From positions 8,017-72,016 of IMG/VR virus record IMGVR_UViG_3300026130_000003: a stretch of 64,000 nt of DNA. The stretch is one strand, 5' to 3'. Positions within the stretch are counted from its first letter, which is position 1. Every line of letters begins with the position of its first letter. Source of the DNA: a virus. Positions 9,707 through 22,900 of this stretch are shown one piece after another. The position numbers and the translations under genes are program-made. The notes under the pieces are model-generated. The model did not search any database. It was not told the origin of the DNA and saw only the letters and a list, made by a program, of their open reading frames with translations.

Positions 9707-9752
9707 GGTCTCCTTTTAGTATATTTTAACACAAAAAGGAGACCAATGTCAA
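9707..9752 (-). promoter_or_regulatory. Sigma70-type promoter (TTGACA-N18-TAAAAT) embedded in an 11-bp inverted repeat that covers the SD of the 9700 gene
   Basis: GGTCTCCTTTT (9707-9717) and AAAAGGAGACC (9734-9744). -35 at 9747-9752, -10 at 9723-9728. Confidence 0.6.
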
Positions 9753-9753
9753 A

Positions 9754-10557
9754 TTAAATATTAATGTTTGGATTCTGTGAGTCTATGATATCTTTAATGT
9801 CTTGTAGCATCCAACGAGTAGATGTTAGTTGTGGAAGTAGCAAATCGTCTACTATTTTTAACAACGCAACATCCATTTGAACATTACCAGATAAACTCGC
9901 AGTAGAACTCTCAGGATCCAAATCTTGTTTGAGTTGTACTGCTTGGTCAATTGCTGCCTCTAGACCTATGAATGTTTCAGTCACGGTAGAACCCGGGTTC
10001 AACGGATCAGGCACTTGTCTAGTTGTTCCGCCTAATGCTTCACCTATATATGTACTAATACCATCAAAAATAGTATGTGCGGCAAGTTGTGTAGTATTTA
10101 GTTCTGTTTGAAGATTGTTTGCTTGCGTTTCCAATGCCGCAATGGATTGCTCATTTGATGTTATACGATTATCAAATGTGTTTACATTTGCAACGGCATT
10201 TGCCAAATCAGCCAATGCAATTTCATGTGCTATCAACACTGACTCTGCGTTGGCAACTCTTTGGTCAACTTCTTCTATTCGTGCAGCAATGTTCGCAACA
10301 TTATCCGGGCTCACTAGAAGCATTTCTGCTTGTAGTGTTGTAACATCACTTTGAAGTGTGTCAATATCGCTTTCTGCGGCAATCAACCTGTTGTCGATAT
10401 CTTCAACGTATACGTTTGTAACAGTTGCCAATGCTCTAAAGTTGTTATCCATTTCTTCATGTAGAAGTTCACGAGGACCGACAGCGGTCACATTAACTGT
10501 TGGATCACTAGGAGCAAGTTTAACCGTTATGTCTTTTCTTGGGTAATTTGTACTCAT
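9754..10557 (-). CDS. Fibritin/whisker-like coiled-coil virion protein
   Basis: N-terminal LxxEEMDNNF fibre-anchor-like motif followed by long heptad coiled coils. Confidence 0.55.
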   Translation of the reverse strand: MSTNYPRKDITVKLAPSDPTVNVTAVGPRELLHEEMDNNFRALATVTNVYVEDIDNRLIAAESDIDTLQSDVTTLQAEMLLVSPDNVANIAARIEEVDQRVANAESVLIAHEIALADLANAVANVNTFDNRITSNEQSIAALETQANNLQTELNTTQLAAHTIFDGISTYIGEALGGTTRQVPDPLNPGSTVTETFIGLEAAIDQAVQLKQDLDPESSTASLSGNVQMDVALLKIVDDLLLPQLTSTRWMLQDIKDIIDSQNPNINI

Positions 10558-10562
10558 AAATT

Positions 10563-13232
10563 TTATTCCTTAATATATTTACCGTTAGCGGCTTCGTCAA
10601 CATACTCTTCTGTTTTCCAGATGTATGGACCATAGTATCTTTCTGGTGGGTATTCAGTAATGTCTACATACATAGGCGCGTTACCACCAAATGGCGTGCC
10701 TGTACAAGGAGCAGTGCTCTCTCGTGAAATATCTCTACGATGACCAAACAAAGCAGTGAATTGTCCTGCTACATAGTCAGAAACTTCTTCAGATGTTAAA
10801 CTATTTACATAGCCGCCTTGAGCGTTAGGATCAGTTTGTGTATTGTCGTTCGGGAACAATGCTGCCAAATCGTCAAACTCTTCACCGAAATGCCACCCAC
10901 TGTCTACTTCGGCAGCGTCATATCCATCCAAAGCATAGAATGTACCTTCGTATGGGATAAACTCTTCTGCTTCATAACGGTCTACTAGCATTAGTTTAAT
11001 GTCAACTGAAGCGTAAACATCATTGCGCATTGCCATAACAATGAATTCATTATTTTCATATCCTGGGAATGCTGTCGTACTGTAACGATATACGGTCTGA
11101 TAGAAATTCTTCAATCCACTGTATCCGACACCAGGAGAACCAACAAAGTTAATACTGCGTGTTTCAAAGTAGTCCATTGTTAAACTTTCTACTTGTTGTA
11201 ACATCCAAGACCATAACTGACTTTGTGTGTTTGGTTCAGGTTTTGATACCCATTCTGGATCATTAGGATTTAAGTTTTCATCATAATCAAACAAATCAAA
11301 CATCACATCTATACGTAATTGGCTACCGGCATTAAAGAAACCACTTCTCATTCGTTTACCTGAAATTTGATGTAGTGTAACATTAACATTTGTTACTTCC
11401 AAAGTTGTTTCATCCTTGACTACCTCAAGTTGTAAACCGAATGTAATTGAGAATTGATTCGATGTTATATCCGATTGTAATTCAGCAAGAGTAGGTGAGG
11501 TAGAAGCATACACATCCCCATCTATATTATAAAGATAGATTGGATAAGCGTTTTCTAAATCGTCAGCCTTATCAGGACCGCTGTACAATCCCGAGAATAC
11601 TGCTCCTTCAGAATTAGGAGTGCCAATAATTTCTAACCAATATTCAGGTTCATCAGACTCAACTATATCAGCAGGATGCGTTGGCATTATATTCAATCTG
11701 TCCTTGAAGTCAATCGTATTCATTGGGTCAGTGTTAGAAAAGAAGTTATTAGAACCTATATCAATAGAGTCTTCTACAACCTCAACTGTGCCATTATTCA
11801 TCGTATGCGATTGTCTAGCATGTAATATAACTTGGTCTCGTGATAAGGATTGTGCATCGTATCCGAATCTTGCTGATACTTCAAATGTTTCTAGTCCAGT
11901 CCAGTATCTTGGATCGGGATCATTAATTGTGCCTACTGCCGTTACACCGCCAACTGATATTGTGTATGTTTCTGGACCAGAGTCTTTCAAACTGTCAAAC
12001 GGATTAGTTGTTTCAAATCCGATTCTCTCTCTTACACCTTGTACTATAATTTCAAAGTTGAGTACTCCTTCAGGTATAAGTAAAGTTCCCGCCGTTGCGT
12101 CCCATTCTACTTTATTCGTAAAGTGTATGTCATCAGGAGAATAATCAATGTACGGTTCAGCGGGATCAATCCCAGAAGGTGATATAGAGAATGGTATAGT
12201 TCTTGCACCATCCGTCTGATAGTAATATGTTTGCGAATCTAGTCTTACTACATGTGTTATAGGTTCACCTTCTAATCTTTCTACACTTGTTACTGAGGCT
12301 ACTTGTGTAAACTCTACAGGAGCAACATAAGGACCGCCGTTACCAGTAACACCATCAATCGTAAATGTATACGCACTAGCAGGTTGATAGTTAACAAACG
12401 TAACTGTAAACACTGAAATTCCAGGCGGTACATTAATCACACCTGAACCATAAGTTACTCCATCAGAACACTCTACTGTACCAGTAAATCCTGAAGGCAA
12501 TGTCATTGGATACTGCCTAGTGTTGAATGCGTGTTTAGTCATTTCAACGGTGTGCGCCATATTGATAGACTGTAAATTACGCCAGTCAGTATATTCCCAA
12601 CCATCATTGTATGTTGTTTCGAATACTTGAGCACCAGTCGAGTCGTAAACAGGATTACCATCGTCACCTAAAACTGGATCACCGACTGTCCACATAACCT
12701 CATGTGGCGGAGGACTAGGAATGGGTTCTTCATATTGTTTTACTGACACCCCGTTAGATATTGATGAAACTTCGATGGGTGTAATAGAGTCCAAGTATAT
12801 TTGCCAAACTCGAACACCTTCGCCCCAAATATTATCTTTCCACGGCGTAAGTACGCTAGGGTCAACTACCAAACGATTTTCAGCAAGTTTGTTTATATAC
12901 TCAACAATTACTTTTACGAAATTGATTACGTCAGCAGGGTCAGGGAATCTAGGATCATTAGTGTCAATAGGCATTTCACTAGGCAAGCCTTGGTGAACAC
13001 GAACTTGTTCCATTACACACAGTAGTCTATCCCAAGCGTCACGGTCAACAATTGAACCTGGTTCTAGTAACGGAATCAGCAAATGCCTTTGCGCATAACC
13101 GTAACTGTCGTCAGGTATTGTACCGTCCATGTTCCAACCGCCTGGACCGACAATATTATTCAAATCTGTCGCCCAGTCGTTGTACATGTGCCAGGTAATC
13201 TTGTTACCTATAAGTTTATATGATTGTGGCAT
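10563..13232 (-). CDS. Virion structural protein (baseplate/fibre associated, with Ig- or Calx-beta-like segments)
   Basis: 889 aa, acidic and beta-rich, within the baseplate operon. Segment EGEPITHVVRL...ETYTISVG resembles Calx-beta. Confidence 0.5.
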   Translation of the reverse strand: MPQSYKLIGNKITWHMYNDWATDLNNIVGPGGWNMDGTIPDDSYGYAQRHLLIPLLEPGSIVDRDAWDRLLCVMEQVRVHQGLPSEMPIDTNDPRFPDPADVINFVKVIVEYINKLAENRLVVDPSVLTPWKDNIWGEGVRVWQIYLDSITPIEVSSISNGVSVKQYEEPIPSPPPHEVMWTVGDPVLGDDGNPVYDSTGAQVFETTYNDGWEYTDWRNLQSINMAHTVEMTKHAFNTRQYPMTLPSGFTGTVECSDGVTYGSGVINVPPGISVFTVTFVNYQPASAYTFTIDGVTGNGGPYVAPVEFTQVASVTSVERLEGEPITHVVRLDSQTYYYQTDGARTIPFSISPSGIDPAEPYIDYSPDDIHFTNKVEWDATAGTLLIPEGVLNFEIIVQGVRERIGFETTNPFDSLKDSGPETYTISVGGVTAVGTINDPDPRYWTGLETFEVSARFGYDAQSLSRDQVILHARQSHTMNNGTVEVVEDSIDIGSNNFFSNTDPMNTIDFKDRLNIMPTHPADIVESDEPEYWLEIIGTPNSEGAVFSGLYSGPDKADDLENAYPIYLYNIDGDVYASTSPTLAELQSDITSNQFSITFGLQLEVVKDETTLEVTNVNVTLHQISGKRMRSGFFNAGSQLRIDVMFDLFDYDENLNPNDPEWVSKPEPNTQSQLWSWMLQQVESLTMDYFETRSINFVGSPGVGYSGLKNFYQTVYRYSTTAFPGYENNEFIVMAMRNDVYASVDIKLMLVDRYEAEEFIPYEGTFYALDGYDAAEVDSGWHFGEEFDDLAALFPNDNTQTDPNAQGGYVNSLTSEEVSDYVAGQFTALFGHRRDISRESTAPCTGTPFGGNAPMYVDITEYPPERYYGPYIWKTEEYVDEAANGKYIKE

Positions 13233-13246
13233 CCCGCTTTGTTACC

Positions 13247-13915
13247 TTAGTTTATTTGTATTGTTAGTGTGTACTCCACCTTGATGTTTCTGTTTGCTGG
13301 TAATAGAATAGGGTGGAATGTTACATGAGTTACCATAAGAGACTTGTCTAAATCTATTTCGCCATTAGTGGTGACACCTGAAATTAGAGCAATTTCATCA
13401 AATGTGTAAGTTTCAACTTCTGGTCCTGTAGACGAGTCTGTTTCAGGTGTTACAACACCGGTATATTCTTCTATTCTATCATGGTCCATATCAACTGTAA
13501 AGACTAATTTAGATGTATTAGCAGGAATAATTTCTTGAGCGCCAGTATTTGTATCAATGATTTGACCAGGATAAAATACTTCATTCTCTGTTTGTTGATA
13601 GTAAACAGGAGAATACAATGCTGAGTTGGATGCACTAATTGGTAGACCATCATATACACCTGACACACGAGGTGAACGATAACTTATTGTAGTAGTGGAC
13701 GTTGAACCGCCATTACCAAAACCCATCCATGTAATTGCAGGGGTCGCGCCACCCGGGTTTATGTTCGTGGGTTGGTCAGCAAGTGCTGATGCAATAATGT
13801 ATGCCATATTACCTGGATGTATGGCATTCTTTTTCTTCAGCAGTACTTTGCCTGTATCTTTATCGGTGATTTTTACTTGACCGATAATCTGTGTTTTCAT
13901 TTTGTCTTGTAACAT
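13247..13915 (-). CDS. Baseplate/tail-collar structural protein
   Basis: KNAIH, MGFGNGG, FDEIAL and THVTFHPI...VEYTLTIQ, a pattern typical of myophage baseplate-fibre junction proteins. Preceded by GATAAATA at 13960-13967. Confidence 0.55.
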   Translation of the reverse strand: MLQDKMKTQIIGQVKITDKDTGKVLLKKKNAIHPGNMAYIIASALADQPTNINPGGATPAITWMGFGNGGSTSTTTISYRSPRVSGVYDGLPISASNSALYSPVYYQQTENEVFYPGQIIDTNTGAQEIIPANTSKLVFTVDMDHDRIEEYTGVVTPETDSSTGPEVETYTFDEIALISGVTTNGEIDLDKSLMVTHVTFHPILLPANRNIKVEYTLTIQIN

Positions 13916-13969
13916 TGTATTTTTTCCACCATTAAATGTTGTTAAATATCTCTATCTTCTATTTATCTT

Positions 13970-16900
13970 TTAAATCGTATAGTATCTTATAACTAAATTA
14001 CGATATTCTGTTTCCATTAGACCTGAATACGAACTACCATCTCCGTTAGAGAAATTGATCCTATCTGATGGCACAAGTGATACCTCATCGATCCACAAAT
14101 CCACAATGTTTCCGGTGTCTGCATTCTTAAGAATAAGTTCCATGTGAGTACTGTCGATTCTCCTTGCCACAAGTTTCATCCACTGACCGATGACAACTTT
14201 TGATCCTACAAACTTCCCATTAATTCTCGGACGTTGTTGTGAATCAACTAATCGCTCTCTCATTGGGTTTAAACCTAAAAATCCATTTAAACTCAACGAT
14301 CCCGCATCGCCGATACCATCGTTTGTAACACGGAATTCTACTTCGGCGTATGTAATATATCTATCTTCATTAAAAAGTAATGTAAGTGCCGAAGGAGAAC
14401 CATTATCATTTATTGACAGAACCGTTCCATCTGTCGAATATTGCGAAGTATTATATGATGCATAATCGTCAAGAGTAACCCACCAATCTTCTTGTTGTGT
14501 AATTACTTGATTTGCTTCGGCATTTTGTATTCGCAAACTACCATATGCACCGCCAGTTGTACTGTAATTACTTTCTGCGTATGCATTTGATATTCTCAAT
14601 TTGGTTGGTGTCGAACTAAATTGCTGTATGAAATCATACTGATACGCATTATTACCGTCCGGAACTGTTCTGAAATATAACGCATCATTTTCTATAAACC
14701 AATATCCGTTAACATTCGGGTATGTTCCTGTGTCTCCACTGTGAACAAGATTGGCTAGATCAGGGCCGTGATATATTCTACTCTTGAATGTTGCACTAAA
14801 CATTTGTCGGGCTGCGCCCACTACATTATCGTTTGAATCTAAAAACTCATAATCAATTCTGTGTTCATCGCCCGTCCAATTAGCATTTCTTCCGCCTATT
14901 AGATAAATCCAATCAGGATCTATATCAATTGTTGTAGTTCCTGTTTGATCCACTCGTGCTGGGAGTGGTGGTGCTTTATCGTACAACCAGACATGATTAA
15001 TATTACGGTCTAGTATAGGTTTGAAATCTATGTCATAATTCGGGTGATTAGTATCTGTCGGGTCAGCAACGTCACTTGAAGGAGAAACTGCCCAAACATA
15101 AGCAAGATAACCTTGAAGATCATCCATACTTGATGATGATGACCCTGATGACGGTACATTACTAGTTAAAGTAATACCAGTTAATCCGCTCTTTGATTGT
15201 GGGAAATTATAATCGTCACGGAATACATAAACGGTATCACCACTAGCAATTTCACGATACAAGTTTGTAAACTCCGCTCGCTTATTAATGGTCAATACAT
15301 TTCCGTCTAATGTCTTGTACGACATAAATTCAGTATGTGTGCCATTGTTAATAGCGATAATAACACGGTCTTGCTCAGACGCATTACGGAATATAGAACC
15401 GTCCGCTACTGTTAATTTATCACCAGTGAAATCAGTAACCGTAGTAACACCATTAACTATCATGCGAAATGCACGTCCCCAATTATCATATACTTGGAAT
15501 TCTAATATATCACCAGAACCACTGTCTGAAATTGTATTGAAAACTGATTCTTTGATATGTGTTGGCATCATGCCTTCAGGGAGACCATCGGCTTCACTTG
15601 TATACTCATCTATTACACGTAGCAAAGAACCGCCTTCATGTTCATTATCAGTATCAAAATCTGCGTTACCATCTACTCGGTATTCTTCATATCGACTTTC
15701 ACGTAGAACAAGTTGTACATGCTCTCCTATCTCAGGTAAGAATGATTTACCGTTGTATGAACCGTCAAATGGCATGTCTTCTTCACGTACACCTTCAGTG
15801 TTAAAGATAATATCATCCCCTACTATTTTGTAGTATTCTGGGCGAAGTTTGTACATGTGTCGGATGCTAACACCGTCATTCTGATACTGCGATTCAATTG
15901 TGTTAATTTGTGTTACTTCGTAACTTCTAGTAACTGTAATTTCATCATCTATCGCTGGAGCAGTAACGAATGTAATGGTATGGGCGTTGTAGTCCACTGT
16001 GTAATCTCTATCCAACACAAGCGTAGTTTCTTGTCCGGATTTTATCTTAACTTGTGTCACAACATTAGAATTTGCAGCAATCGAAATAGTAGCACTTCCA
16101 TCACTCACAAAAGTTTCTTCAACACGATGAACTTCATAATCACGGTGTTCTTCTTCAACATATATATCAATCTCATGCCCAACAAGTGATGACTTTTCAA
16201 AGTATGACATGAAATTTTCTATCACGTACGGATTTGAAGCAGTGTATTCTTCTTCTATTACAAAATCAGCAACTTCGTACCAACCATAATACATGTCGAT
16301 ATCCATATGATGACTGTCATCAATTGATGCTGTGATATCATCTTGTAGTGTGTACTTACTTTCTATATCGCGAATCTTAACATGGTAAGGTTTTGTCTCG
16401 TTGAAGTAATCAATCATATCTTGATAACTATCACGCTGGTATACCGCATGTTGAGCAAGTGGACGGTAGTTGAATATCAAGTCTATGTAACTTGTTTTAA
16501 CTATATCAGTCGCCTCTTGTTCTTCAGTCATACGGTAGTTAATCATTTCAATTGCCATTTCTTTTAACATATCATGTGTAGCGTAGTACTCCATCATAGT
16601 AAAGAATTCTAGTAATTGAATGCCAGTAAAGTTTTCGTAGTAACTTTGTGGATTGCCACTTGGAGCACGGTCAAAGTCAATGCCCATAGCAGAATCAGTA
16701 CGATGAACAATTTGTAGGTTACCGTTAAATTCAACAAAGTATTCATCAATCCCATCTTCTTGAACTTTAAATGAAATTACACCTTGATTGTACAAGTCAA
16801 TCATATCAAAGGATCTCAAACGAGATAGGTATTGATACTTAGGAGGTTCGATAAATTCTTCGGTTATTGCCCAAGGTTTCAGATAGAATATAGAGTCTTC

Positions 16901-19900
16901 CACTGTGATATAATTTTCACGAGTAGGTGCGAATCTGTCAATGAATGTGAACTTGAACATATCATCGAACAAACTAGCAAAGTTTCTTCTTGCTATAAAT
17001 GGATCGTAGAAGAAATTATTTTCTAGAGGTTTTACTTTGTATATTCGAACTACATCACCAGCAACATAATCACTTGAGTAATTCAACGTAACCATATCGC
17101 CATCTATAACAAAATTGTTAGGCTCTACTATGGCATTGTTCACTGTAATTACAAGTGTGTCGTAATCTGCGCTAGTAATGAAGTCATATGTAAATTCTAT
17201 ACCGTCAAACCCGTTGTCAATATCACCTTGTGACATTTCAACTGCTACGGAGTCAACGATTTCAATATTTGCTAAATTGTTTTTAACAATATCAATTATA
17301 ACATCAGTTTCAGCATTATCAAGCAATTCTGAAATTAGTCGCCATTCAGTATGCAGACCGCCTTTCACATCAACTAGGTCGTAATGTAAATCATATTTTA
17401 CACTACTGTCACCAGTAAAATCATTTTTATGGTTAGTCAATACAATGGTATTACCGTCAATTGGGAAGAACTTGTATGATGTATCGTTGTTCACCAACAT
17501 ACGGCGGATATCGTCTACCCTAATATTTCCAGTGTCTTCTTCGAATGCTTCCCAGAAGTAGTACTTGGTAATAGTCTTACCTTTAACAATATCAAAGTAT
17601 GTATACTCATTGTAATCCGTCACGTAATCAGGTAGAATGGTAGCGGAAGACCAACGTTTTATTACAATTTGTGAACCTGGAACTAGACGGCCCCAATTTC
17701 TTCTGGCAAAACTTTGGTCTATGTTGCCCAGACGATCACCATAGTCGTTGTAACGATAGTATCTAACTAAGTTAGTGTCCCACCAAATTTCCCCTACATG
17801 TTCTTCATACCATGTATCTTTGTTTGATGTTTCATATTCATATTTTGCAGGGTCTTCCCAAGTAATAAACTTAATATGTTTACCAATTTCACCTTGGAAT
17901 TTGCCATTCAATGGATCATATATATGATATCTCTGAATATTACCTGTCCCATCAGTTGTGACTACTCGTTTAACAAGGTCAGTGTCAACTCTTTCTGATT
18001 GTAGTGCAACTGTTGTTACGTTACCTTCTTCTGTGCGGAACAATACTGCCCAACGGTTAGTCGTGTAGTTATCTGCCCAAATGTAACTTGAACTATTCAA
18101 ACCTAAATTAGTGTAGAATTCGTTGAAGTTGACACCGTTGTATCCAGGAGTGAAACGAACTGATTTCCAGCGCATAATCTTAAAGTTAGGGTCTGATTTA
18201 GCACTTGTATAATCACGTACTAGACCGATAGAATCTAGTATTTGTTGTGATGTACCGTCAAATGTGATAGCAATATCATCTGATGTGAATATCATTCTTC
18301 CATCAGACGATACGGATACTGACACACCGACACCCGCAGCATTAATTAAGTCACGCATTACATACGCATCAACGATGCCTCCACCGACAGGCGGAGTATA
18401 GATGCCTGGTGATATACCAAGGTCAGTCAATGCTGAACCCGATACGTTTGTTACGTCAACTTGTGCATTAGGCGATACAATGTTTATTACACCAGTCGAT
18501 GTATTAAAATATGCTTCAGCAATAGCAGTATTGTTTGAGAATACAGCATTAATGTTTTCAACGATTTGTTCATAACCATATTTTTCAATATCCCCAGTGA
18601 AACCTAAACTTTCTAATGTACCTGTGTTAACATTAGATAATTGTATCTTAGGACCTTCTTTATAAATTTCGATGTAGTTACCAGAAACTACCGAAGCGGT
18701 AACTCCAGTTATACTAGCACTATTAATTTGGTTAACCACACTACTGCGAGTAGGTTCTTGAATCGTATTATATGTTCCTGCTGTAATACCTAGTATAGTA
18801 AGAGCGTTACCTGAAATCGTCATTGTAGGATTACCAGATTCTATAACTAATCTGTTACTTGAATCAGTGTAAGACGTTACGTTGGTAACACTTGAAGTAA
18901 TGTCACTGGCAATATCTTCAAATTTAGTTCTGCGATACAGACTAGAACTTGTAAATCCAAATCCTGTAGATCCCACAATACTGCCTAACATTTCAAGATA
19001 CGCACCGTCAGATTCTACAACCAAATAACCACCACCATTGATAGATGCTGATACTGCAAATCCAGCAGCATTTATACCATCAGCAATATCTTGTGGTGTA
19101 ATTACGTTAGCCGGAGCATAGTCAGCAATATCGTAAGTTATTACGTTTCCGTTAATTGTAATTTGCTGAGTAGTTGTAAAGTCTGCTGGTATGTTAGTAG
19201 CCGTAGCAATTACCGGGCCTACTGTGACAGTGGTACCATCTATAGTGATTGTTCTATTGTTAGGAACGTTTGTTGTTTCAGTCGCAGTTGAAGTTAATCG
19301 TATAGAAGATATGCTTGCCGGCTGAATAGTAATAGTCACACCGTCAATTTGGAATGATTCCCCTACTGATGGAGCAAATGCGCCAACACTTGTAACAGTT
19401 AAACCGTCAAAAGTAATATTAGTAGTTGAATTCAGTAGTGAACCGCTTTCGTTGCGAACAGCAATACTTATTTGGTCATTCTTCTTGACAAATGGTATTG
19501 TTCTACTTCCTTCTATTAAAATTTGTACTTGAGCATTTGACTCGGTATATGTCACTGGTGTACCATTGATATACAAATTATCGCCTTCAGCAAATATAGG
19601 GAAAGATACAGAACCTATCGCTTCAACTCCGGTACCTTCAGTTGATGGTGACAATATAGAGTTAGAAGTCGTAGAATCAATTTCCACAGTAAGAGGCTCA
19701 TAGTTAGTCTCGAATACTAGGTATTTGTAGCCCGAAGAAACTACACCGTCTTCTACAAGGTAGTAATAACTATTGATTTCTGGTTCAATGCCATTATCTA
19801 CAATTCGCAAATATACCGGTTCAGATGTATTAACCTTATTTGTTAAAATTACATACAACTGTCCATCTTGTGTTTCCCCCACGAAACCTATTTCTGCTAT

Positions 19901-22900
19901 TTCACTTAGACGAACTACGTCCCAATCACGCACTTGGTCAAATTGAACCCATGCTAAATCACCTTCATCTATATCATCAGAACTTAAGTCTTCTAGTTGC
20001 TGCTGGGTGAATACTTTGTAGTCCACATAACGGTCATCAACATAGCCTGAAGTCTTAACAGAGGCAGTTGATCGTTTGCCTGTCTGAACCATAGGATATT
20101 CTGTATTGTCAAACGTCACCACTAAAGGCTCAGATACCATATTTTTAGGATCAACCGATACTGATACAACTTGTCTAGCATCGTTTACTCCGTACTCGGC
20201 TTCTTTGATAGCCCATACATCACCATGTTCAACTTCGTCAATGTTAGAATTTTTGTTTACTAACAAATTAACACTTTGATTCGTGCCTTTGTGGGCAATA
20301 AATCCTTTGTAGAATTCCATTTGTGACTCAGGTTCTACGCCATGATTCAACAAGTATGTTGACGGAACATAACCCATATGGCTTGCTTTAAGGTTATTGA
20401 TAATCTCTAAGTTTTGGTCTAGAATAGTATCACGGTATTTTTCTGTATCAGCAACCAGTGTTTCAAAGTTAGGAATTAGTTTCTGTTCCGAAATGATGTA
20501 ACCGTCTGCTGTCATTGTACCATCCCAGCCTACTGTTCTGTTACAGTCAATAAGAACACGTAAATTCCTGTTATGCATTAACGGATCGTAAATCACATCG
20601 CCGTAACTATCTTCGCGGTCTATTACCATAGCATGTTCAATTTCTATAATATCCATTGCCATACCGTAGATAGGTGTATTAGATGCCCAAGATAGTTCAC
20701 CATCAGTCGTTAAGAATTGAATTTGATTAAGTGAAATTCTGCTACCATTTTGATCAACTACACGATAGAAACCTTGACGGTAATCACGGGTAGCACTTGC
20801 CACACCGAACGGAGTAGTAAACGAACCAGTTGACAACATAGGAGTTAAAGAAATAAATTCGCCCATGTCATGTTGTTGTTCACTCCAATCTAAGAACTTT
20901 TTCAACAAGTATTCGAAATCGATTAGATTACCATCAGCATCACGGTCAGTAAAGTCCCAACCTATCAGTTTGCTATATTCTTGGTAACCAATTAATAGAT
21001 GTGCAACTTGTTGCAATGTTAAAATATCACCGTAGTTGTAAGTTGTCACTGAATCAGTACGTAAGTTATTGTAACCAGTAACGGTAATTTTATTAATACG
21101 TGGCCATTCCCCAAGCATCTTCCAATTACCTGCGTCATCACCAAAGTCTCTACCAGAAGTGTGCGTTTCTAAACAAACATAAGGTTTGTTATTGTACTGA
21201 ATTACTTCGTCTTTGCGATAGTAAGTTGTTTCACTCCATGGTTTAAGGTCGGCTTGTTCACCTTCAGTTGCATACACTTTAATACCAGAAGCAGTATCCC
21301 AATCAAGCGCATAGAAACGAGGGTTAGCGTCATCGTACCCATATAATCTGTAACCTACAGTCGAAACTTGAGGTTGCGAAATCATAACCCACGCTGTATA
21401 ATCAAATGTTAGGGACATGTCAATTTCCGCCTGAGTCGGGCTTTCTACTCGGCGTTTGTAGTACTTACCATCACTTGGATTAAGTACAATCATTCCCTTG
21501 TTGTAATCACCAACATTTGCAATATCATATGTTGGGTATTCAGTATCAAGAGAAACTTTTTCTAGTACGACGGCGCTAAAAAACTCAGAACGATTAGGTT
21601 CACCTGCGTGTAAGAATATATCATAATTGTCCGATGGTATTTCGCTGTATCGGCTATTGTTTAGACTTGTGTTTTCACTAAACAATTTAAAATTGTTTAC
21701 AAACCCAGCAAATCTAGTACCCAATTTAAATTCATAATTTTCTAATTCTTGCGTTCTAGCATTCACATCATAACCATTACGGGTACTAAAGAATGATATT
21801 GCTTCTTTAACTGCATTCTCGTATGTTTCAAACGTAGAAAATGGCTGTTGTAGTATCATAGAATTGAATGCTTGGTATGGGTATTCGCTACTACGAATCC
21901 ATGCCATTTCAATCGGAGAACAATCACCAAATTTCCAATTATCAGACAGGTATATAGAATCACGAGTAACATCTATGTCCAAGTTAAGTAGTTCTTGTAT
22001 ACTTTTTAATTCGTTTGAACTTGTTACTGGTATTGGAAGTTGTGCAGTGTATTCAGTTGCAATGTAATCAGTAAGAGCAATCCAGAACGATTCCGATGTA
22101 TAATCACTACCGAAGTTTGTATCAAAGTCGCTAGGTTTATTTGCTAATCCCAACACTGCCCACGGATTATCGAAAATCGTATCAGTACCATAGAGGAACA
22201 GATGTATTCCTCTCCAATGCCCTACGCCAATTTGTGTAAAATTAGAATAGTTCCACGTCTTCCAATCATCAGGATCGTAGTTAGCATTTACTAGTGCATC
22301 TATGTTGTTTTTGTCCATCCATTTCTTGAAGAATGGATACATAATGTAATTTCTTTCGAAAACAGAGTATTCAGGGTTCGACAAACCAAAGTTAGTAAAT
22401 GGTTGATATGTAATAGCACCATTTTCTAAACTAGAAACGTTGTTAAATATTCTACGTTCAAACTCTAATAGAACATCGTCTGTTAAATCATTGAACATCG
22501 GTACTTTAGAACCATCATGTCCTAGTATGAAATTTACAGGAGTATCGTATTCATTGTCGTAAACGATTCTAGGAATATATAGAGGTGCTAATTCTAATCG
22601 TGTCGCACTAGGAGGCATGTACGATTCTGGTTTGTTTGTGTATAGTCTAACTTCAATTGTATCAGAAGAACTAGGTACGTAATCAGGCGAAAATATAATC
22701 TCGTTACCAGTTGCGGAAACTATATAATCTATGTTCAGCATTTTTAATGCCCCGTTAACGTAAACAAACAAGTCCTTATCTTCAACTACATCATTTGCCA
22801 TAGAAGGTAATAGTTGTTCTTGTATGCCGTCAACAACTGAAATAATTCCTTTCTCGTAGTGTACAAATTCAGATCCGAACACTAGCATATCAACGCCTTC

